The notes under the pieces are model-generated. The model ran no database searches, was not told the DNA's origin, and worked only from the letters and a program-made list of their open reading frames with translations. Below are positions 9,324 through 17,307 of a stretch of DNA of 64,000 nucleotides, one piece after another. The DNA is taken from contig MGKE01000007.1 in NCBI GenBank assembly GCA_001794635.1, forward strand, positions 8,774 through 72,773, given 5' to 3'. Both the position numbers and the translations under genes were made by a program. Every line of letters starts with the position of its first letter. Positions within the stretch are counted from its first letter, which is position 1. Origin of the DNA: Candidatus Yanofskybacteria bacterium RIFCSPLOWO2_01_FULL_39_28. GTDB taxonomy: Bacteria; Patescibacteriota; Minisyncoccia; 2-02-FULL-40-12; GWA2-44-9.

Positions 9324-10145
9324 ATGAAAAACAAATATTCAATACAATCAACTTCAAGCGTAGATTTGAAAAAAGAGCTGGAAGATTTAGATACAGAAAC
9401 GCTAGAAAAACTCAGTGCAATTTTAAAAACCAAGGACTCTCTTTTAAAGACAAAAGGGCATAAAAAGTTAATCAATTACTTTCGGGAAACATCCGACAAG
9501 GAAGTTATACAAACTAAAATAAAAAGTTTTAGAAAAAAGTATGGAATACCACTAAACGGTTTTATTCTAAACCCCGATGACTACAAAGAAATACCAGAGA
9601 GTTGGTGGCACAAAACAGGGAAATTTATAAAATCATATGAACTTAATAAGGATGTATGCGACATACTTAAAATATATCGCTTGAGTAAGGATTGGGTCTT
9701 ATTTTTAACAGCATATCTCTTTTATAATAAATTAGTTATTGATGGAGCCGAGAATAGGTACAACTTACTCCAAGCAGTTGATATCAGTTCAAATAAAAAT
9801 AAAATCGCTGGTATAGACCCAGCCTTTTATCCCGTAGCTGTCTGTATCAGTACTTATGCGTCAAAAAGGGACATATTGGATTTTATAGGAAGGACTTACA
9901 ATCCCTTGATTTCGTCATTGCAAACAGAATACAAAAGTAAGGAAGTAAAAATTGGCAAATTCAGAACCAAAAAACCTGAAATTCAAGCAAGAAATAAATT
10001 TATTTATAACCATCGCCACTTGCCGTTTAAAGAAATAGTGAGCATGGTGAGCAGTGAGTTTCCTGGCAAGATAACAAACACTATTGACGAAGGTAGTGTG
10101 GGTAAAATAATTTCTCTGGAGAAGAAAAGACGAAAAGAAGTGTAG
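9324..10145 (+). CDS. Hypothetical protein (273 aa), first gene of the rightward module
   Basis: Long Lys-rich ORF, followed by a hairpin ACCCTGA/TCAGGT plus a T-run near 10184-10207. No recognisable motif. Confidence 0.7.
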   Translation: MKNKYSIQSTSSVDLKKELEDLDTETLEKLSAILKTKDSLLKTKGHKKLINYFRETSDKEVIQTKIKSFRKKYGIPLNGFILNPDDYKEIPESWWHKTGKFIKSYELNKDVCDILKIYRLSKDWVLFLTAYLFYNKLVIDGAENRYNLLQAVDISSNKNKIAGIDPAFYPVAVCISTYASKRDILDFIGRTYNPLISSLQTEYKSKEVKIGKFRTKKPEIQARNKFIYNHRHLPFKEIVSMVSSEFPGKITNTIDEGSVGKIISLEKKRRKEV

Positions 10146-10208
10146 TACAGAAAATTCTTATATTTTAACTTCCATTAAGGATACCCTGATTAAAAGTCAG
10201 GTATTTTT

Positions 10209-10346
10209 ATGTCCGAAAACAAAGAACAACAAAAAGAGATAGACCAAGTCGCAGAAAAATTGGCTGAGTTGTTTTTACATCAGATTTATCAGGACCTAAA
10301 TTTTCCAAAGAATAAAGACGTTAAAAACGAGCAATATGAACGATAA
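10209..10346 (+). CDS. Possible 45-aa protein
   Basis: ATG ORF (MSENKEQQKEIDQVAEKLAELFLHQIYQ...) whose stop overlaps the next start by 11 nt, which is typical mobile-element gene packing. Confidence 0.3.
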   Translation: MSENKEQQKEIDQVAEKLAELFLHQIYQDLNFPKNKDVKNEQYER

Positions 10347-10683
10347 AGAATCAAAATTATATAGATATTCAAGGGTTTATTGGGATGTGAGTGCAAGATT
10401 TAAGTTAAAACCTATTGAAATCCTGCTTATGTCTTATATTCATAGCCTTTCAACAAGAGGCAGGTGTTGGGCTTCCCAAAAGGGAATGGCAAAAATTATG
10501 GGGACGACTGAAACCACAGTTAACCAAAAGATTAAAAAATTAGTTGAAATGGATTTAATAGAAAAAGTTTCCTGTAATGAAGACCAAAAAAAGATGGAAT
10601 ATAAAACAACTGAAATCTGGCGAGAACTGGTTTGGGAGATAGAGCAATTTCTTAGTGAAAGACATAAAGAAAAAGCCCGATAG
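10336..10683 (+). CDS. Winged-helix DNA-binding protein
   Basis: CWASQKGMAKIMGTTETTVNQKIKKLVEMDLIEK is an HTH plus wing pattern. Confidence 0.65.
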   Translation: MNDKESKLYRYSRVYWDVSARFKLKPIEILLMSYIHSLSTRGRCWASQKGMAKIMGTTETTVNQKIKKLVEMDLIEKVSCNEDQKKMEYKTTEIWRELVWEIEQFLSERHKEKAR

Positions 10684-10937
10684 GGTTAAAAGAGAAGAGC
10701 CCTCGTCATTAAAAAACTTAATACAATAATAAATAATAAATTAATAATTAAATAATATTAAAAATAAAATCAGCTTTTAAAAGCTGATGATAGAGGTTTT
10801 ATTCTTTTAAACAGGAACATATAATACGCACGAACATGATTTTCCCTCATAGGTCACAATTAAAAGGCAGCCCGCAGATTTCTTATAAACGGAAGTCATG
10901 TTCGCGGGTTGCCTTTTGGTTGTAACCAAATCATTAT

Positions 10938-12518
10938 ATGAATAAAAAAAATGCAATTGGATATTGCCGTGTCAGCACCGATGAACAAGCCAAACACGGT
11001 CTTTCTTTAGATGTTCAGGAAGAATCCTGTAAAATGGCCATCCAAAGTGATGGATATGAACTACTAAAAATAATCAGGGACGAAGGTAAGAGTGGCGGAA
11101 ACCTTAATAGAGCTGGGATGAGGGAATTAATATCGCTGGTCATAAATAAAAAAATAGATGCCATTTATACTATAAGCGGTGACCGCCTAAACAGAAATAC
11201 CCTGGAATACATGCAGTTGAGAAAGTTGCTACGAGAAAATGATATTGATTTGAAATACATTAACCAAGCAAACACTGATGACTCGGCCATGGGAAGAACT
11301 ATGGACACGGTTCTAGCTTCCTTTAACGAATTCCAGAGATTGCAAACATCAGAAAAAGTTAAAAAGGTTTCAGCCGCTAGGGTTGAAGCTGGTTATTTCC
11401 CTACGGGAGCCCCTATCGGCTACAAAAACGATATTAATCCAGACCCAAATGCCGACAGACTGGCGAAAAAGGTTATAGTTCCCGATGCAATGGCTCCACT
11501 GGTAACAGAGGCCTTTAAATTCTTTGCTACGGGCAATTTTAATGGTTACGACCTTTGTAATTTACTAAACCAGAAAGGATTAAGGACAAGGTACGGTAAG
11601 CCGATGCTACCAAGCCGATTCTATGAACTATTAAAAAATAGAATATATCTTGGAGAGGTTCATCATGGCAAAAATCATAACCCTAACGGAAAGCACAAGC
11701 CCCTTATAGATAAGGCGACATTTGACAGGGTCCAGTCCATTCTAGACGGCCACAATAAGCATGCCTGCAGACGTAGGAAGTATTGTTGGCTCTTGGGCGG
11801 CTTTGTATACTGTGCCAGGCATGGAAAGCGATATACAGCCGAGTGGCATCTAAACAAAAAGTTGGCTTATTACCACTGCACCAACAGGAATGGGTGCGGA
11901 AAATACATTGAGACCAACAAATTGGAGGCCTTAATAGCCGATAAGTTTAAAGACTTAGAATTTAACCCTGAGTTTATTGATAAGATAATAGAAAAGGCAA
12001 AAACGGCTTTTTATGCAAGCAGAGATGAGTATGATGCCAAAAGACAGGCCTTGGTAAACCAGAAAACGGCTTTTGAGGCGAAATTAAAATCAGCTGAAGA
12101 TAAGTTGTTCTCGGAAATATTGTTAAGTGATGACTATAAGAGGATAAGATATGAAGTTAAAACAGAAATTGAAAGCATAGAAGAACAATTAGCGCATCTA
12201 TCTCAAAGGCAAGAGGTCAAAGTGGACATAGCAAAAGAAATTCTGTCATTTACGAAAAATATTTACCTGACTTACAAAAAAGCTCCGCCTCATATTAAAA
12301 GGCATTACTTGAGTCTGTTTTGGGACAGATTTGAGATCCAAGATGGAGTTATAATAAAATCCGTTTCCTCTATACTGTTCAACCATCTTTTAGATCTGGA
12401 ACAGATCTACCTTAAAAATCAAAACCCCCAGATTACTGGGGATTCTGACGTTCTTATAAATATAGCAACAGAGCTCCGCGGCCAGGACTCGAACCTGGAA
12501 CCATCTCCTTACACATGA
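10938..12518 (+). CDS. Large serine recombinase (integrase); its 3' end is read from the tRNA-Asn 3' exon
   Basis: AIGYCRVSTDEQ catalytic motif, recombinase domain, Cys cluster YCARHGKRY..YHCTNRNGC, coiled coil. The last ~45 nt (ELRGQDSNLEPSPYT) are the complement of the tRNA T arm and acceptor, and the stop lies 7 nt inside the intron. Confidence 0.85.
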   Translation: MNKKNAIGYCRVSTDEQAKHGLSLDVQEESCKMAIQSDGYELLKIIRDEGKSGGNLNRAGMRELISLVINKKIDAIYTISGDRLNRNTLEYMQLRKLLRENDIDLKYINQANTDDSAMGRTMDTVLASFNEFQRLQTSEKVKKVSAARVEAGYFPTGAPIGYKNDINPDPNADRLAKKVIVPDAMAPLVTEAFKFFATGNFNGYDLCNLLNQKGLRTRYGKPMLPSRFYELLKNRIYLGEVHHGKNHNPNGKHKPLIDKATFDRVQSILDGHNKHACRRRKYCWLLGGFVYCARHGKRYTAEWHLNKKLAYYHCTNRNGCGKYIETNKLEALIADKFKDLEFNPEFIDKIIEKAKTAFYASRDEYDAKRQALVNQKTAFEAKLKSAEDKLFSEILLSDDYKRIRYEVKTEIESIEEQLAHLSQRQEVKVDIAKEILSFTKNIYLTYKKAPPHIKRHYLSLFWDRFEIQDGVIIKSVSSILFNHLLDLEQIYLKNQNPQITGDSDVLINIATELRGQDSNLEPSPYT

Positions 12519-12724
12519 TCCATAACTTTCGTAATGGGGTGGACTATCTTATGTCCCCAAAGGGACCCGGGTATATAGTCTCTACACATTTATCACTTGC
12601 GTGAATTTAGCTCGGGATTGCCAGTTTAAAGGTTTCCCCGAATTAGCCCGGTTTTTCATCGCGCATTTCTGCGCGAAGCTGCCTTACTCGACAGGGAGCC
12701 GCTCTACCATTGAGCTACCGCGGA
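12474..12724 (-). tRNA. tRNA-Asn(GUU) split by a group I intron (exons 12691-12724 and 12474-12511); CCA not encoded
   Basis: The joined exons give a 72-nt cloverleaf: acceptor UCCGCGG/CCGCGGA, D arm GCUC-AAUGGUA-GAGC, anticodon loop CUGUUAA, variable UGGUU, T arm CCAGG-UUCGAGU-CCUGG, discriminator G. Close to bacterial tRNA-Asn sequences as I recall them. Confidence 0.85.
12512..12690 (-). ncRNA. Group I intron, IC3-like, 179 nt, no internal ORF
   Basis: P1 CUGU|C:GGCAG with U.G at the splice site; P2 UCGCGCA-GAAA-UGCGCGA; AAUUCGGGGAAACC..GGCAAUCCCGAGCUAAAUUC; P6 UCAC-GCAA-GUGA; GUGUAGAGACUAU; P3 CCGGG/CCCGG; P8 GUCCC-UUUG-GGGAC; P7' AUAGUC; P9 CCAUUAC-GAAA-GUUAUGG; terminal G. Confidence 0.85.
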
Positions 12725-12916
12725 ATGTTTTCGTCTAGCCATTTTCTACCCTGACCAGACTTCAAAAAATGTTCTCTTCTGATTGCTTCTGTTCTTGTAC
12801 CGCATTCTTCGTAGTAAAGCAGTACAAATGGACTATTTGCTCGTGTCCACTTATTGCTTCCGACACTATGTTCACGAAGTCTACTTATTAGAACATCAAT
12901 CTACCAATCAGAATAT

Positions 12917-12945
12917 ATTTTACCAAAAAACAAGAAATCAATCAA
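12917..12945 (-). promoter_or_regulatory. Candidate sigma-70 promoter facing the tRNA-Asn gene
   Basis: Minus strand reads TTGATT, a 17-nt spacer, then TGgTAAAAT (extended -10). It lies ~185 nt upstream of the tRNA 5' end. Confidence 0.3.
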
Positions 12946-12990
12946 TCCAAGATTTAAGTGGTTCGGAAGCTGTGGTTAAGGTCAAAGCAT

Positions 12991-13032
12991 AATAATCTAA
13001 ACGGCTCACCATGGTGAGCCGTTTAGATTATT
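12991..13032. repeat. 42-nt perfect palindrome centred on CCATGG
   Basis: AATAATCTAAACGGCTCACC|ATGGTGAGCCGTTTAGATTATT equals its own reverse complement. No flanking T-run. Confidence 0.9.
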
Positions 13033-13145
13033 GAAGAAAAGGAATCTGACCCATTTTCTACTCGATGGACTGGTGATATTTACATCCATTTAAATAGTTG
13101 ATATATTAAGTGAAGTTTTTTGAACAAAGAAATAGGAAGAATAAA

Positions 13146-13325
13146 ATGAATTGTCCCCATTGCAATAGTAATTTCAAGACCACAGAAGAACTAAATGAAC
13201 ATAGAAGAGAAGTTGCCATTATTAACCGTATAAATATGACTCCTCAGGAAACAGAGAACAGGGAGAGAGCTTGGCAGGCCTTATTTGATTTAGAAGAACT
13301 GCGAGCCATATATCCTGGATTTTAA
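13146..13325 (+). CDS. Small C2H2 zinc-finger-like protein (59 aa)
   Basis: MNCPHCNSNFKTTEELNEHRRE (CxxC..HxxxH-like). AGGAAG lies 8 nt upstream of the ATG at 13146. A terminator follows. Confidence 0.6.
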   Translation: MNCPHCNSNFKTTEELNEHRREVAIINRINMTPQETENRERAWQALFDLEELRAIYPGF

Positions 13326-13350
13326 CCGACCCAAATAGTCGGCTTTTTTA
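13326..13350 (+). terminator. Intrinsic terminator
   Basis: CCGAC-ccaaata-GTCGG followed by CTTTTTTATTT. Confidence 0.6.
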
Positions 13351-13562
13351 TTTGGGTTTATCCAATTTCGGCACATAACATGTCCGATAATTCTCTCGAA
13401 TCCATGTTCGGAGCCAGAGAAAATGACCTGAGTTTATGCAGGTTTTTTACTTCCATGAACATGGAAGTTTTTTAACTTATCCACACATAACGATAAATAT
13501 ATATTGACAAACGATAAGTCATAGATTAAGCTGGGGTTATTAATAAATTTAAAAAAATATTT

Positions 13563-14045
13563 ATGAAAAAAGTATCAACAAATTTTTTAAGATTTGTGAT
13601 CTTTCTCCTGGGAATAGGTGTTCTTGCTCTGTGTATTTTTGCCTTGCCGGGGGCGTGGAAAGGAGGCTCGGAAGAATTTCCTACGGCCAGTTGTGTAGTC
13701 CTTCTGATTGTTATGGGTATCTACATAACGGCTGCGCCTTTCCTTATTCTTTTATGGCAGGCCCTTAAACTATTGAACTATATTGACCATAATAAAGCTT
13801 TCTCGGATTTGTCTGTAAAAGCATTAAGGAATATAAAATATTGCGCCAGTATTATTGCTGTCGTGTATGTTGTATTTGTACCCCTTTTGATTCCGGTTGC
13901 GGAGGCAGACGACGCTCCAGGCCTTGTACCAATAGGACTTGTGATATCTTTCATTCCGATTGCGGTCGCGATCTTTGCCGCTGTTCTTCAGAGATTATTT
14001 CAAAACGCAATAGACATAAAATCTGAAAATGATTTAACGGTTTAA
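13563..14045 (+). CDS. DUF2975-like multi-pass membrane protein
   Basis: Four hydrophobic segments. Paired with the adjacent YozG-like HTH gene, a known association. Paralogous to 14273..14761 (ALKLLNYIDHNKAFSDLSVKALRNIKYCA versus AFKLLGYIGQNEVFSLSSVKALRTIKYCA). Confidence 0.75.
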   Translation: MKKVSTNFLRFVIFLLGIGVLALCIFALPGAWKGGSEEFPTASCVVLLIVMGIYITAAPFLILLWQALKLLNYIDHNKAFSDLSVKALRNIKYCASIIAVVYVVFVPLLIPVAEADDAPGLVPIGLVISFIPIAVAIFAAVLQRLFQNAIDIKSENDLTV

Positions 14046-14057
14046 AATATAGAAACT

Positions 14058-14261
14058 ATGGCAATTATAATCAACATTGACATAATGCTGGCTAAAAGAA
14101 AAATGAGCGTCACTGAACTTGCGGAGAAAGTCGGGATAACAATGGCCAACATTTCTATATTGAAAAATGGAAAAGCAAAAGCAATTCGCCTTTCCACGCT
14201 TGAGGCAATTTGCAAGGCTTTGGAATGTCAGCCCGGAGATATCTTGGAATATAAAAAATAA
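14058..14261 (+). CDS. XRE/Cro-type HTH transcriptional regulator (YozG-like, 67 aa)
   Basis: MSVTELAEKVGITMANISILKNGKAKAIRLSTLEAICKALECQPGDILEY is the canonical short HTH_26-type sequence. Confidence 0.85.
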   Translation: MAIIINIDIMLAKRKMSVTELAEKVGITMANISILKNGKAKAIRLSTLEAICKALECQPGDILEYKK

Positions 14262-14272
14262 ATAAAAAAATT

Positions 14273-14761
14273 ATGGAACGAGCTTCAATAATATTTCTAA
14301 AGACAGTAATTGTACTTATCGGAATCGTAGCACTTGTAGTCATGATTCGGTTTCCCTTGACCGAAGGGAGGGCCGTAAACTTAGACCTGTTTAGTATTTA
14401 CTCTGATCCGTTCATCATCTATGGGTACCTGGCGTCTATCCCGTTTTTTATTGCACTTTACCAAGCGTTTAAATTACTCGGATACATCGGACAAAATGAA
14501 GTATTCTCATTGAGCTCTGTGAAAGCTTTAAGGACTATAAAATATTGCGCAATCATATTAAGCATCTCAATTGTGATGGCAGCAATATACATAAGGATAT
14601 CTTGTTGCACAGTAGCTGAAGTAGACGGTGGAGACGATCCGGCGGGTTTTATTGCCGTAAGTATTGTGGCTACTTTTATTTCTATCGTAATCGCCACCGC
14701 GGCGGCGATGTTTGAACGGATTTTCCAAAATGCCCAAATAAAATTGGATGGGGTGAATTAG
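14273..14761 (+). CDS. DUF2975-like multi-pass membrane protein (paralog)
   Basis: Same topology and conserved central motif as 13563..14045. Confidence 0.75.
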   Translation: MERASIIFLKTVIVLIGIVALVVMIRFPLTEGRAVNLDLFSIYSDPFIIYGYLASIPFFIALYQAFKLLGYIGQNEVFSLSSVKALRTIKYCAIILSISIVMAAIYIRISCCTVAEVDGGDDPAGFIAVSIVATFISIVIATAAAMFERIFQNAQIKLDGVN

Positions 14762-14815
14762 GAAAAGCTATTGTTTTCTGCTAGACTCATGAATAACTAA
14801 TTAATAAGTAAACAT

Positions 14816-14935
14816 ATGGCAAAAAGAAGAACTGGTCTGAGCGGAAGTAATAACAAGCGCAGAAGAACACATTCCCCAAAAACTAAGAAACGTTTGGAGG
14901 CAAAAAGGATCATGCTGGAATCAAGAAAAAAGTAG
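14816..14935 (+). CDS. Possible 39-aa highly basic peptide
   Basis: ATG ORF MAKRRTGLSGSNNKRRRTHSPKTKKRLEAKRIMLESRKK, below the track threshold. Ribosomal-protein-like composition, but I recognise no family. Confidence 0.25.
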   Translation: MAKRRTGLSGSNNKRRRTHSPKTKKRLEAKRIMLESRKK

Positions 14936-14955
14936 AGGTAAAAATTGACAAAATA

Positions 14956-15678
14956 CTACCGAAAATCGACGAATAATGTCGAATTTTTGAGCAACTGAAT
15001 CGCCTTCCAGGGATTAAACCAGATAGTTGCCAAAGAGAAATAATCAGCTCCGGCTTTTTCATATAATTCTACGTCTTTATCAGAGTATATTCCTCCGCCT
15101 CCAATAATTTTTATATTTGGGTATTTTGCCCTTATATTTTTTATTGTTTTAATTGAGAATGACTTTAAACGCGCGCCGCTTTCGCCGCCTCTCTTCGTGG
15201 GCAGAGTATTTGCAATATGTATGTAACGCGCGCCCAGATTAACTAATCTGTCTATCTGATTATATATTTCATTTGTCGGAGAAAGTTTAAATATAACAAT
15301 TGGAAACTTCTTTACGCAGGCAACGACTTGATGATCTCTAATTTCTGATTCCGGTTCAATATTAGGACAACTTAAATTCAGCTCTACCGCAACCTGTTCA
15401 GAAATAAGATTAATCAGCTCGTTCCACTCTTCCGTTTGGATGGCCGTAATTGAGTAGATCTTTTTTGGATTAAACTTTTTTATTGACCTAATCCCCGGAT
15501 TTTGTAATTCCATCCTATTTACCCAGCCGTTCTTAATTGGTCTAATGGTTGTTACGGCTCTGTATAATCTTGTTATCCAACTTCCTCTTTTATGCAGAGT
15601 ATATGTTCCACATATGGAAGTGCATTTTACATGAGTTATATAATTTCCAAAAGGAGCACTGATTAGAAAATTCTTCAT
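14956..15678 (-). CDS. Dihydroorotate dehydrogenase-family TIM-barrel protein (short, 240 aa)
   Basis: Class-1 DHOD-like motifs LQNPGI, ELNLSCPN and IIGGGGI..DVELYEKAGAD. Confidence 0.65.
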   Translation of the reverse strand: MKNFLISAPFGNYITHVKCTSICGTYTLHKRGSWITRLYRAVTTIRPIKNGWVNRMELQNPGIRSIKKFNPKKIYSITAIQTEEWNELINLISEQVAVELNLSCPNIEPESEIRDHQVVACVKKFPIVIFKLSPTNEIYNQIDRLVNLGARYIHIANTLPTKRGGESGARLKSFSIKTIKNIRAKYPNIKIIGGGGIYSDKDVELYEKAGADYFSLATIWFNPWKAIQLLKNSTLFVDFR

Positions 15679-15768
15679 ACCTTGATTATAGTAAAAAGTT
15701 GTATTGAATCTGATTCTGGGAGCACAACAAAATCACCACTAGGGGTGATTTTGTTGTTTAAGTTATTA

Positions 15769-16026
15769 TTATGAGAGGTGCTTGGAGACAAGCTTGGTCA
15801 TCTCAAACATGTTGACAGTAGCTTTACCGGCGAATACTTTTTGCAAGCTCGCATCGGCATTAATGTTTCTCTTGTTATTCGCATCCTGAAGGCCATTCTT
15901 TTTGATATAGGCCCACAACTTCTTAACCACTTCCGACCTGGGCATAGGCCCTTTACCGACTACTGCCTCTAACTCCGCACTGACATTCATGGGTTTCATA
16001 AACGCAGAATTTGATTTTGGTGCCAT
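15769..16026 (-). CDS. SWIB/MDM2 domain protein
   Basis: PMNVSAELEAVVGKGPMPRSEVVKKLWAYIKKNGLQD..NINAD..LQKVFG is the SWIB signature. Start placed at MAPKSN (16026). Confidence 0.8.
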   Translation of the reverse strand: MAPKSNSAFMKPMNVSAELEAVVGKGPMPRSEVVKKLWAYIKKNGLQDANNKRNINADASLQKVFAGKATVNMFEMTKLVSKHLS

Positions 16027-16086
16027 ACGATTATTAATTAGTTTATACATACAAGTATACACCGTCTTGAATTCAATTACAAGTTC

Positions 16087-17307
16087 CTACCGTGAATAAC
16101 TTCTTCGCCAACGAGGAGGACTTTTATGTAAGTGGCGATTGCGACCAAAACTTCGCACCACTGGTTTATGGGCAAAAAACGCCTGACCGCCATGAGAAGT
16201 TACTGGGATTTCTTTTCTAATAAGTCGTTCAATATCTCGAACATCCCGTTGCTGGTCAGGCATAGCAAATGAGATTGCTTTGCCAGTTTCACCGGCTCTG
16301 CCGGTTCTACCAATACGATGAACATAGTCTTGAGTATTGTCGGGTAACTCAAAGTTTATTACCAACTTAATCCCCTGTACATCAATACCCCTAGCAGCAA
16401 TATCGGTTGCTACGAGAATTCTGTATTTGCCAGACTTGAATCCGGCCAAAGCTTCTTTTCTTTGCCCAAGCGAACGATCTGAGTGAATCTCAGCAGCTTT
16501 GTGACCCATATCTCTGATGGCCATACAGAGTTTTCTGGCACCGTGTCTAGTTCTCATGAACATAAGAACTGTCCCCGGATTTTCATCAAGAATTTTAGTT
16601 AAAAGATTAATTCTTTCTTCTTTCTTTACCAAAAATATTTCTTGATCAACAAGTTCCGCCACAGTTCCGGCCGGAGCAACTTCAACTCTAACCGGCAAGG
16701 CCATATAGGTAGAAGCGATCTTTGTTATCTCCGGTGGCATGGTCGCAGAAAAAAGCATCATCTGACGTTCAGAAGGTATAAGATTTAATATTTTCCTGAT
16801 TTGAGGTTCAAAGCCAATATCAAGCATCCGATCAGCTTCATCAAGAACTACAATCCGAACTAAATCTAACTTTAAATTCCCCTGCTCTATATGATCAACC
16901 AGACGACCCGGAGTGGCTATAATTATATTGGGGCGACGACGTAGAGCCATTAACTGCATTCTCATTGGCTCCCCGCCTATAAGAACGGCGGTTACCAACC
17001 CAAGGGAGCGGCCGATTTTCTGAAGCATATCGTCAACTTGAATCGCTAACTCTCGTGTCGGCAAAATAACTAGACCGATACCGTTGGAGTTTCTGAGACG
17101 CTGAAGAAGCGGCAAACCAAAAGCAAGAGTTTTACCTGTTCCAGTTTGTGCGATTCCGACAATATCTTTACCTTCTATACCAGGTCTAATGGTTTGGTGT
17201 TGAATAGGGGTCGGAGTAATAAAATTGTTTTGATCAAGAATCTTTAAGAATTCCTGGTCAATGCCAAGGTCATAAAAACCCTGAATGGGTGTTTTTTGTA
17301 TTGTCAT
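16087..17307 (-). CDS. DEAD-box ATP-dependent RNA helicase
   Basis: Q motif region, AQTGTGKT, PTRELA, DEAD, SAT, HRIGRTGRAG. Arg-rich C-terminal tail. Confidence 0.95.
   Translation of the reverse strand: MTIQKTPIQGFYDLGIDQEFLKILDQNNFITPTPIQHQTIRPGIEGKDIVGIAQTGTGKTLAFGLPLLQRLRNSNGIGLVILPTRELAIQVDDMLQKIGRSLGLVTAVLIGGEPMRMQLMALRRRPNIIIATPGRLVDHIEQGNLKLDLVRIVVLDEADRMLDIGFEPQIRKILNLIPSERQMMLFSATMPPEITKIASTYMALPVRVEVAPAGTVAELVDQEIFLVKKEERINLLTKILDENPGTVLMFMRTRHGARKLCMAIRDMGHKAAEIHSDRSLGQRKEALAGFKSGKYRILVATDIAARGIDVQGIKLVINFELPDNTQDYVHRIGRTGRAGETGKAISFAMPDQQRDVRDIERLIRKEIPVTSHGGQAFFAHKPVVRSFGRNRHLHKSPPRWRRSYSR

Noticed and set aside
10769-10788. A 20-nt perfect palindrome ATCAGCTTTTAAAAGCTGAT after the wHTH gene, considered as another member of the PaaX-type palindrome family
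   Set aside because: It is much shorter, is not centred on CATATG, and has no second copy. It is most simply a weak terminator hairpin in an AT-rich spacer.
12474-12724. An alternative reading of the split tRNA as tRNA-Thr(UGU), with the 5' splice site after CU
   Set aside because: That splice site would give a U-A rather than the canonical U.G pair in P1 and a poorer guide pairing. The acceptor and D arm (UCCGCGG UA GCUC AAUGGUA GAGC) match tRNA-Asn, not tRNA-Thr.
12783-12992. A 69-aa ORF in the tRNA-Asn upstream region
   Set aside because: No RBS, odd composition (Tyr/Leu/His-rich, low complexity), ends at the edge of the 42-nt palindrome, and overlaps a candidate minus-strand promoter. 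Likely non-coding.
13477-13485. A perfect DnaA-box consensus TTATCCACA, with weaker relatives (TTATCCAAT at 13358 and several GATAA motifs), in a 237-nt AT-rich intergenic region
   Set aside because: There is only one perfect box. Under uniform composition a given 9-mer is expected roughly 0.5 times in both strands of 64 kb. No replication genes are adjacent. The repeated CACATAAC..GATAA motifs are more likely operator or promoter elements of the DUF2975/HTH operon.
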